A stretch of 64,000 nucleotides of DNA, from positions 73,666 to 137,665 of the forward strand of contig CBFFRP010000128.1 of NCBI GenBank assembly GCA_965644295.1, written 5' to 3'. The notes under the pieces were generated by a model, which saw only the letters and a program-made list of their open reading frames with translations, ran no database searches and was not told the origin of the DNA. This DNA comes from Paraphysomonas bandaiensis. Its lineage: Eukaryota > Protista > Chrysophyceae. Positions 53,985 through 64,000 of the stretch are shown here, one piece after another (position 1 is the stretch's first letter; the number at the start of each line of letters is the position of its first letter). The position numbers and the translations under genes were made by a program.

Positions 53985-56900
53985 ATGGACACTCAAAGTT
54001 CTGCTTCGAGTAGTACCACTTATTTCATGGGTGCGTACTTTATTTTATGTGCTTGATGCTGAATCTTGAATATTAATCTGAGTTGACAGATACCACTCAA
54101 CAATCTGAATTTGTCGATTCAAGTCAATATTCGCAGCAAGTGTCACGCGACAATGACAACAAGCCACGTGAGTTATTAAACCTAGCCCCTACTCGCGAAG
54201 GTATTCAATGGAAAATGATTTCGGTTTATTTATTATAATTTATCATGCTTCAGCAGCCGGAAATTCGCCTGCAACGGGTTCGTCATCTGTACAGGAAGTT
54301 TCTTCAACTGAGTGCAAACCAGTTTCTGAAAATATGACTATGACCGCCGGCAATGAAGGCCATAATACGGTGGTACAAACTGTTCCTACTAGCGGGCAAA
54401 GACCCCTGGATGAAAAGCATTCGCCGCAAATTTCGGCAGTACAGCCGTATATAAGCTCTCTGCCGTCTGTAATTCAAGGTTACTAATATGCATGCTATAG
54501 TATTGATCTTATATCGCCCATAGGAAACGCTCTTCCAAGCAAGGGCAATACTGCCATCGCCACTATGAACTCGGCGAATTCGTTGTTGTCACAAAGTCTA
54601 CAGGCAAGTTCCCAGCACGGGCAGTCTCGAATGGGGCAAATTTATAGTACTTTTGCGGGTTCATCTATTGATGCAATGAATGGACAGCAATTTTCAATAC
54701 CAACTTCTGGTGGTAACAGTATTGGACAGCCACAGCTCCTACATTTGCAGCACCATGCACTCAAACAAGATAATGGGTCTCGCCAACGTGCTATGGATGC
54801 TGCATCAGCAGGGAATAACGCTCTACCGAATTCGAAGATGCTCCTTTCCCAACCAGGATTAGTTCATCATGGATCAATGAGACAGCCGGAAGTCGATATG
54901 ACTGGCTCGCAACAGCCCAATAGATTGAGTTATGGAAGTAGCCCAATATTATCACAGAATATGGTTATGGGAGGAGCCAATGGGCGTCAGCAACATCCCA
55001 GTTATCAGTCGAATGTAAAACAAAGTAACCAGCGCTGGTCAGGTAATCACTTACTGGATCATTAACGATTCTTTGTTGTTATTGATGTGGCAGGTTCCGG
55101 TCAAGGGTCAAAGTCTTGGCATAAAGTTGAGCACAGTGAGGAAAGGAATCTCATGAATAGAAGAATTGTTGACTTGTTGCAGCAACGCAGACCGCATGCT
55201 TCTAATGAATGGCACCTAAAACTTCCACAAATGGCCAAGCGTTTAGAAGAAGCGCTTTATAGCGACGCTAGCTCGTATGAAGAGTATAAGGACAGTCACA
55301 CATTGAAGACCAGACTTCAGCAATTGGCTCAGCAAATGGGAAATAAGAACAGTAATAGGGCTGCGACTTCTCAGAATTCTCAAGCTTTGCCAGAAAGACA
55401 GCCAAGTCATACAGGGCTATTACACAGCCATATGCATCCTAGCGCGCAGCATGTTCATGGAGGTGGTAACCCGTCTACTAACGGTCCGCCCCACGCAGGT
55501 GCGAATAATATGCATGCAATGCGGGGTGTACCACCTTCTCGACCACAGACAGCTGGTACTTATCCGCCACAGACCTCTAGTGTATCTACCCAAAAAGTAA
55601 ACAGCCAACCGTTTCACAACAGACCAATGTCGGGTATGCCTGAGCGTCCTGGAACCAGTATGCCTATGACTCGAGTGGAAGTGTCTGTAACTGCGACGCC
55701 GTCAGTACAAACGTCCACAACCTCGACTCAACCAACCTCTTCAGCCAGACAGTTCATTAAAATGGCTCAAATAAATCCACGCTTTAATAACACAGTCCAT
55801 TCCAAAGTGCCGCCTCATCAAGAAAGTAGTCGCCAGGCGACAATGCCGCAATCGTTTCAACACAAAGTGGCACCTACAGCACATGAGCAGCAGAAACAAG
55901 CTCAACAAGGCGATTATAATTTGGTTTCATCCCAGCAAAACAAAACGTCGTATAAGCAAGCACCTCGTCAGAATCCGAGTGGAAGTCAGCATTCTGAAGC
56001 TCACAAAAAGCAGGTATTGAGGCAACAGCAGCAACGGTTGTTGCTCCTACGTCATGCTTCTAAGTGCCCCCACGAAGAGTCATGCCAAGTGACTCCTCAT
56101 TGTAAACCAATGAAAGAATTGTGGAAACATATTATGGGGTGTAAAGACCAAAACTGCAAAACACCTCATTGTGTATCATCACGGTATGTCCTATCTCATT
56201 ATTCGAAGTGCAAGGAACAAAATTGCCCTGTTTGTGGGCCTGTTCGAGATGCTATCCGCAAGAATTATGACAAAAGCGTAAAAGTTGCCAACAATCTACA
56301 CAGTGGAATGGCTGTAGCTTCATCTGTCCCGAAGGCATCACAACCTGATGTAGTCAAAAAAGAAGAGCCCAGTGAACCCCTGGCCAAGCGTGCACGTAAT
56401 GATCCTATCAGCAAGAGTGCTTCAACTCTTCCTCATACTGATAAACTCGATAATGTGTCGTGTGCCATATACAGCTTTACAAATGATCAAATAAATGCGC
56501 ATCTCAGTCATTTACATGAAGGGATGCGTTTCAAATCGTCAGATATTCGAGATATTTGCATGCCGTTGATTGAGGACATTTTGAGGCATCCAAGTGGGTA
56601 TATTTTTTCGAAACCAGTGGATCCAGAAGCTTTAGGGATTCCAGACTATCCTACTATTATTAAAAATCCCATGGACATTGGAACAGTTCGAAAGCGATTA
56701 GAAAGTGGCTACTATCGCGATATACAAGAGTTAGCGGCTGATGTGAGGCTCTGTTTTGATAATGCCATGACATACAACGCACGAACCTCTGACGTTCACG
56801 CTTGCGCTGCAATGTTCAAATCAAATTTTGACAAGGGTCTGAAATCAAGGCTTGACCGCATCGAACGTGAAAATAAAAATAAACGTGAGAATACTGATGC

Positions 56901-59599
56901 CTGTGCACTCTGTGGTGAAATTTGCCTAAAATTTGAGCCTCCTAATATATATTGCAATGGCACTTGTAACAACCAAAGAATACGTAGGAATTCATTTTAT
57001 TACGTCGGCAAGGGATCTTATCATTGGTGCCCTTCTTGTTACAATGACCTTAAAGACCCCATAAAACTTGTAAATAATGGAGTTTTATACAAAAAGGACT
57101 TGCAAAAAAAGAAGCACACAGAAGAATCGGAAGAGTCTTGGGTGCAGTGTGATGTTTGTAGGCGGTGGGTACATCAAATTTGTGCTTTGTTTAATGGTAG
57201 GCGAAATTTGTCGGAGGAAATGCTTTTCATGTGTCCAACTTGTATACTGGATATGAGGAAGAAAGATCCTGCGAAAGCGGAAGCGATGATGGTGTCTCCT
57301 TTAAAGAAAACGCAGGCGGCAGATTTGCCGAGATGTATGCTGAGTGAATACATTGAAAACAGTGTGAACAAATGTTTGGAGCGTGCCTACCAAGAACAAG
57401 CGCAGAAATTAAGCGTGCCTTATTCTGAAGTTGAGAAAGCTCCACCTATTACTGTTCGCCAGGTTTCGTCTATTGATCAAGCCCACAGAACAAGAGAAGG
57501 AGTGTATGAGCGGTATCGGCATAAGAATTACCCCGCTGAGTTTCCTTGCAGAACGAAATGCATTCTTTTGTTTCAGAACATTGATGGTCAAGATGTTATA
57601 CTCTTTGGTATGTATGTTTATGAATATGGTCACAAGTGTCCCCAGCCTAATCAACGACGAGTGTACATATCGTACTTGGACTCTGTTCATTATTTTCGTC
57701 CTCGCCAATATCGCACTGCTGTCTACCATGAGATACTTGTGAGCTACTTGGAGTATGTGAAGAAGCGGGGGTTTCACACTGCGCATATATGGGCATGCCC
57801 TCCTATGAAAGGGGATGATTACATATTTAATTGTCACCCTCCAGATCAAAAAACTCCTAAGGATGATCGGCTTCGACTGTGGTACGTGAGAATGCTAGAG
57901 CGATGTAAGGAGCGAGGAATTATTCACGAAATAGTTGATATGTACACGGAGTATATGCAAAATCCCAATAACGATGCCACTGTATTGCCCTATTTTGAAG
58001 GCGACTACTGGGTTGGTGAGGCCGAAAATATAATCAAACGCCTCAAAGTATCTGATGAAAGTGGCGATGGTGCTGAGTTGAGTGATAGCGATGATGATGG
58101 GGCGCGAGTACGGTCGAAGCGCAAAAAAACTAAATCTACGACTAAGAGAAATGTTAGGCCACGGTTATCCAGATCTGGGACGAGTAGTAGACCTCAACGA
58201 GATGCCGTAATGGCTAAGCTTTCCGCCATAATAGAACCTATGAAAGAAGCGTTTTTCGTTGTTAGATTGCACCCGAAGGAATATGCGGAGAAATGTGCGG
58301 CCATGCAGAGAGAGGAATTAGCCAAGGAAGAGAGGGAAAATAAGAAGGGGGATGAAGGAGACAAGGATGAAGCAGTCTTGTCTGGTAAGGCGGCTAGTAC
58401 AAGTATGTCCACATCTGTGTCAATTAAAAATGAGACGGGGGCCATCCCTAAAAGTGAAAAGCCTGTTGCCGAAGCCCAGTCATCCATTTCAACTCCTTCA
58501 GTCGCCAGCGAGACAAAACTCGATTCAGTGAAAAATGCAGATGATGCGACTGCCGTTACTATAACAGAGGAGCCTAAAATATCAGGCACAGGTGATAATT
58601 CGAAGCACCCAAAGTTGCCTACTGAAAATGGAAAGTCAACTGGACATGAGGTTATGTCATCATCAGATCCTGTTGCCACGATTGAGCAAAATTCAAATGC
58701 AGAAAAGGTGGGATCGCAGGAACCCGTAGATGCCACTGTTTCCGAAGATGCCAATGGGAAACCTTCTGGAAGTACTCAACCTATTGCGGAAGTGGTAGTA
58801 ACTCCAGGCACAGAAGACGATGATGATACTCAAGATAGTGAGCACTTCGAATCAAGATTATCTTTCTTGAATCTGTGCCAAGGCAACCACTACCAATTCG
58901 ACCAACTGAGACGAGCGAAGCATACCAGCTTAATGACACTGTATCATTTGCATAACCCAGACGCACCGAAATTTATACCGCACTGTGTACTCTGCACACA
59001 ACCTGTGTTACAAGGATTTCGCCATCATTGTGAAACATGTGACAATGATATATGTCAAAGCTGTTATGATAAACAAGAGCCTCGTCATTGTTCTCATCCA
59101 TTACGACGAATGGTCGTCACTGGAGGGGCACCTGCGCAGCAACTAACGGAAGAGCAACGGCGAGAGCGACAAAAATATATTGCTTTCCACTTAAAATCCC
59201 TGCAGCATGCTGCGTATTGTGGTGGGTGCGAATCCCAGACGTGTGCGAGGATGAAGGTAACGCTGTACTGCTGTTTCGTTTCGCATCAACTCATGTGTAC
59301 GTGTAGAACCTGTTAAAGCACACTCAGGAATGTAGAGACGGTGGATTGAAGCAAGGGTGTCATAATTGCAAGCGAATATATAGCTTGTTGACACTACATG
59401 CACGTAACTGCAAGCTGGATACCTGTCGTGTCCTAAAATGCAAAGACCTCAAAGACACAATGAGGTAAATGGACAACTAGTTTTATTATATTGCTTATTG
59501 CCCTCTTTGATATACAGGAAAAATGCAATGAAGCAACAGCAAATGGACGACCGTCGTCGTCAAATGATGAATGATATGTATAGGGGTAACCAAAAATAA
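53985..59599 (+). CDS. CBP: p300/CBP-type histone acetyltransferase
   Basis: KIX-like domain, TAZ1 (QQRLLLLRHASKC), bromodomain (IPDYPTIIKNPMD), PHD, KAT11 HAT (YISYLDSVHYFRP, HIWACPP..GDDYIF, PYFEGDYW), ZZ and TAZ2. Confidence 0.97.
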
Positions 59600-59827
59600 T
59601 CATTTGAAGAATATCACTTTGTGACTTTCAAGCATTTGTCGCTTCGTGCGAGTTGCGAGTAGTATTTCACACCTAATACTATTATTTGGTAATTTAATCA
59701 TAATATTACAGCATTATCTTGAACTTTATCCTTAAGTTTGATTCAGTGGTATCTTGTATCTTGCAACTAGACTTTAATCTCATCTATTTTGTATATTCCC
59801 GTGACCGCTATATTCCACAACTTGTAG

Positions 59828-61260
59828 CAGGGCTGTACCTTGTAGTCAATTATAATTGCAATTATTTAATAATACTAAACTACATCAGCTGCCAATATAG
59901 CTACCTCAATTGTCATTTCATTCCAGAGGCGACAATTTATATGTAAAAACATCAGTAACTCCAAATGCCGAGAAGTCCCGCAAACCGCAAACCCTTTATA
60001 ACAATCTTAGATCTACTGAACAGCCTTTCAACCTTATATTGAAGCATGCAACTGCATCATGTTGCGGTAACAAGTTTTCACTCTCTGATACCATCAAAGG
60101 TTGCGTTGCGTCGTCATTCTGAACTAGACTCTCACTGTCATCATCCTCGTCATCCTCATTGACCAAATTTTTTAATATGATTTTTTCTGTCCGAGTTAGT
60201 GCGGCTTCATTGCCACATTGAATCTTTTCACGAATAACAGCAGCATTGTTACCCTGATGACGCTCGACAATCGGGTACCTAATGATGAGCTCGTCACAAA
60301 CAATATGCGAACGTCATGAACGTCAAGGTGGTGTTCACCTTTCTTCTGTAATCATTTTATGGACACTATAGTTTAAAGAATTTCAATTCTTCCCGAGCTT
60401 GTCATGCTCCATTTCACTTGGTATTAGACTTAACACGTCGGAACCAAACTCGCATGATCGCAAATGATTAGATAGAAGCAAGTAGCGGTCAATCGTGGCA
60501 AATATGGAGCCCCACCTGGTATCTTGTTTGATTAAAGCACAGAGAAGACCTTTATTACGGAGCTAACTTTTTCGGAGTTTGTAGCTGTCGGCTCAAATCA
60601 GTCAACTTGTCCACCAGAGGCCTGAATAGCCACTGGAAATATAACGCAAAACAGCCAGGTTTAAGTTGTGACTATATATGAGAGGTACAGGTCTGCCACC
60701 TAAATTACCAATTAGACGTGCGAATTTTGGATTACAACTTGTATTGTCACACGATATGAATTCAATTGCATGAAAATCACATCCAACCAGTTGCAACTCA
60801 TTGAATAAGTAATCTTCTAGTGACGCAGCAGTGAAATCCATGTCCAAGTCTTCATCTTCATTTTGCACACCACAGCAAAGTAGCACCTCCTGTAAAATAC
60901 CACATTGGCGTCTGTCCATGTTGCAACAACAGCAAAGGAATGCTCCTTGCTGCACGTCCATCCATCAACAATCAAACCGAAATGCATTGGAAATCCTGCT
61001 TTCGACCTCTAAGGCCAAGGATTTTATACACTACTACTTCATCAATGTTGTTCTTGAATTATTACTCAACTTCTTGGTTTATCCACAGAAGAAAAAGAAA
61101 GATCATTCATTATCACCCATTCTTACCAGTAATACACATTGCATACTTGAGGTGATACTTTGCGCTTGACATATTTATCCATCGCACCACCACCTCGCTG
61201 GGCAGCCAAAACTTCCCAGTCAATTCAGGGTCGTGGTCTTATCAGGATATATATATCATA
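59828..61260 (-). mobile_element. Decayed hAT-like DNA transposon
   Basis: FISCDNTSCN, SHNLNLAV, TRWGSIFATIDRY and W.EWVIMNDL fragments; a CAGGGCTG end at 59828. Confidence 0.75.
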
Positions 61261-62181
61261 AGCACAATAATATATATTCAAGTAGCACCATCAGATGTGA
61301 AGTGTATTATTGTACATTATTTGAATGATAATGACGCCAATATGACAACAAAAAGATGTCATATTCATCACATTTATATACAGAAGTAAAAGCCTCGCAG
61401 CAGAAATTCCCTCATTAGTGGAGGTGTGGTAAGGTATATTTGTCATTTATTTGATCTAGCTATATGTTTGCTTGTAAAAATCTTGTCCAAATGTCATTCC
61501 CTTATGTAGCTGCCATTGATTAGAAACAATACTTTGGTTTTCATTTGTTTCGTTATAGTGCTAATCATTGAATATCTATCAACTTCCAATTATAACAGCA
61601 AGCAAGCTACAAAAAAGCCATATACAATCTAGATATTAGATTTATAATATCGTGAAGATAAGCTAAAATTTAACCTATTGAAAAAAAGGGGGTTTACTCT
61701 GGTAATCTCTTATGATTATCTCATAATAATGCTGAAGCCCTTCAATCACACTCATTTCATTTTCATCACTCAGCTCACTACTCCAAGTTGCGTGGAAAAA
61801 CACCTGAAGTACTTCTAGTTTCTTATTATCATACCTTGTCGTGATGCGATATACTGCTAGCTTGATTCGGGCGAATGATGTTTAGAGATGCTTACAGATG
61901 TATCATTCTGTTAGATAAACAGGACCTTTTTATTCATTCTACAGATTCACTCTCATATGAATGTAAAGAGATAGATTTATACATACTCACTCAATAGCAC
62001 TGCCTCACTATTCTTGGATCTATTCCATCGATCATTGCGGTTGTTATTTGCATATTGTGGTTTACTGTTAAAACTTCAAACCACTGGATCGATACCATGA
62101 TTGAGTGTAGTGGAAATGGTGGATTAGAAGAAGGTTGTTGTGATATGAGGGCCGAGATCATGGCAGCAATATGAGAGTAGC

Positions 62182-62333
62182 CGTATCGGCATCCTTTGTA
62201 TATTTTTGTTCCAAGATGCCTCGAATATTGAGACAATAATTATCTGTATACCAGCCGTATTTTATACTGCAGTTATATAGAGGATATTTGCTTCCATTTA
62301 TTTCCGAAAAGTGAGATGCTGACTGCGCCGATG
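62182..62333. repeat. ~150-bp dispersed element, copy 3
   Basis: Begins CGTATCGGCATCC; similar to the 15357 and 33013 copies. Confidence 0.85.
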
Positions 62334-62565
62334 TGCGGATACGAGGGTTGGAGTGTACCGGGACTATCCGTACATACGGACGTAGCGGACATTTATGGTA
62401 ACCCGTACAGTATTATCAGACTATGGTAGTAGGACAACAAAAAAAGATTGCTGTAGGGGCGGGATATTTCTGGAAGTAGAAACTAGCTATTTATGGTTAG
62501 AAACCCATCTCTAGAACAACTATATGGAAAAACAGGTTAAGTTATACGGGTTTTTAGATAGGACA

Positions 62566-62837
62566 GAAAGGATAGAATAAGCGTTGTGCGGTCTATCTGC
62601 CTGCTGTCCATAACACACATGGATAAAGAGGACAGACATGTTCAATGAAACCCACAGGAATGATACTCAATCACCCGATGTTGCCACACTTGGTGAATAA
62701 CGTGAATCAATTGATTTGGAAACATCGGGTGATTGAGTATCATTCCTGTGGGTTTCATTGAACATGTCTGTCCTCTTTATCCATGTGTGTAATGGACAGC
62801 AGGCAGATAGACGGCACAGCGCTTATTCTATCCTTTC
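62566..62837. repeat. Long inverted repeat (117-bp arms, 38-nt spacer)
   Basis: Arms 62566-62682 and 62721-62837 are reverse complements with 3 mismatches. Confidence 0.95.
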
Positions 62838-62989
62838 CAGTGTTCCTTATCCAGTACTCACAGTCTCTCCTCTGCGTGCTCGTGAGACCTCCATTACTCA
62901 ACCCTCTTTCTAATTCCCTTATCATCAGTCTTCCTATAGCATCCCCATCCTGCAGCTCTTTGATCTCGTTTATATCTTCTGCTTCTTCC

Positions 62990-64000
62990 AGTGTATATCT
63001 GGACAGTTGTGCAAGTAAAAGACTGCTTATAGTAAAGGATAAAATTGCACTGGAGTCGTTTGCTCCTGAGTTTGGGGCAATCCAACTAACCAGAAAGGGT
63101 TCTCAACTGGAGTACACAGGGAACTGGTACATTCGGGGAATGGAGAGACATCAGAGTTAGTGAAGAAAGCGGGTGAAGAACATTGTGTCAGGAGGGATGC
63201 TGAGATCAATGGGATACGGATTACAACTGCTTCGAAAGCCTAAAATCGTGGAATTGGACTCTGGAAACGAGGTGTTGACTGAGAGTACGACAGAGCATGG
63301 AGGAATGCTGCATGTGGACTTGATGGAGGTGTTAAATCTGCCAAATGTGTCTATGTGCAATCAGATGGAGGAGGTAAATTTGTCGTGACAATACAGGACA
63401 AGATGCTTTTCGATCGCTTGCTACGAGCGTACTGGACATGTCTCGAAATCGAAGTTATTAGAAGCTCACTGACACATGTTATTCAGAGAATCAGGATCAC
63501 AACGACATCACCTTTCAAGAAGGCAAAGGAGAAGAGTTGCAAAGAAACCCTGTGTAAATGGTGTGCCAAGGCGATAACCAGGCATTCGTTCAAATCACGG
63601 GACAACGAAGAGCTAAGCGCAGTCAGGTTTCTGGAACGAGTGACAGCGGAGTCTACCTCAATTGTGAATCCAGTAGACAAGGGTATATGTACGTGCTCCT
63701 ATTTACGGACTTAGCAACAAAGATGATATGGGAATATGGATTGAGGACTCGAAGCGGAGAGGAGGTGTTCAAATGTCTACGACACTTGTGCGAGGTCCAC
63801 TTAGTGAAGTACGAGGGGTGGAACCGTATAGTGGAGTATCATGCCGATGGAGTGGATCCGAACTTATTAGTCAGCAGATAAGAGAGTATCTGTTGCAGCG
63901 ATATGGGACTCGGGTGTCACATACAACACGAGACACGCCAGAGCTCAACGCGGTGTCTGAGAGGAAATTCCGAACAATTGGGGAGATGACACTGACGATG
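62990..64000 (+). mobile_element. Ty1/Copia pol relic (protease, pre-integrase, integrase), running off the window
   Basis: YLDSCAS, KNIVSGG, ERTGHV, CKWC, GYMYVLLFTDLATK, EYHADG, TPELNAVSERKFRTIGEM; frameshifted. Confidence 0.88.

Noticed and set aside
865-58966. Antisense and overlapping ORFs inside large genes (e.g. 865-1266, 6145-6489, 58194-58754)
   Set aside because: Shadow ORFs of the real coding strand with no independent features.
53985-59599. KIX-TAZ-bromo-PHD-HAT-ZZ-TAZ architecture as a novelty
   Set aside because: Ordinary for the p300/CBP family.
1-64000. Alternative genetic code or non-canonical splicing
   Set aside because: Conserved genes end in TAA, TAG or TGA, and the introns I checked are GT-AG; in-frame stops are explained by introns or TE decay.

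Overview
Eukaryotic nuclear DNA, standard code, with short GT-AG introns (mostly about 45-60 nt). The gene content and oomycete-like hAT and Copia relics suggest a stramenopile; this is inference only. About 20 genes are supported: a PHD/AT-hook protein (partial), NEMP, eIF3c carrying an intronic C/D snoRNA, holocytochrome c synthase, SLC10A7-like transporter, bacterial-type sulfotransferase, a fused double aquaporin, a canonical aquaporin, a Cys-rich GLG1-like membrane protein, DUF899, a rhodanese-DSP phosphatase, an intronless P-loop ATPase ending in CaaX, an orphan WG-repeat protein, UBC12, RPL35, an SNF2-PHD remodeller, a SAP30-SGF29 fusion and p300/CBP. Mobile elements: a young but defective chromoviral Gypsy element and a Tc1 DD34E element, both inserted in (CATA)n arrays, plus Copia, LINE and hAT relics and MITEs. 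The most notable non-coding features are head-to-head gene pairs sharing stereotyped ~0.5-0.7 kb promoter modules with a recurrent TACAGCAGTA motif, a ~150-bp dispersed element upstream of accessory loci, and a near-perfect hairpin with 117-bp arms next to a Copia relic. Exon boundaries, counts and family calls were made by eye.
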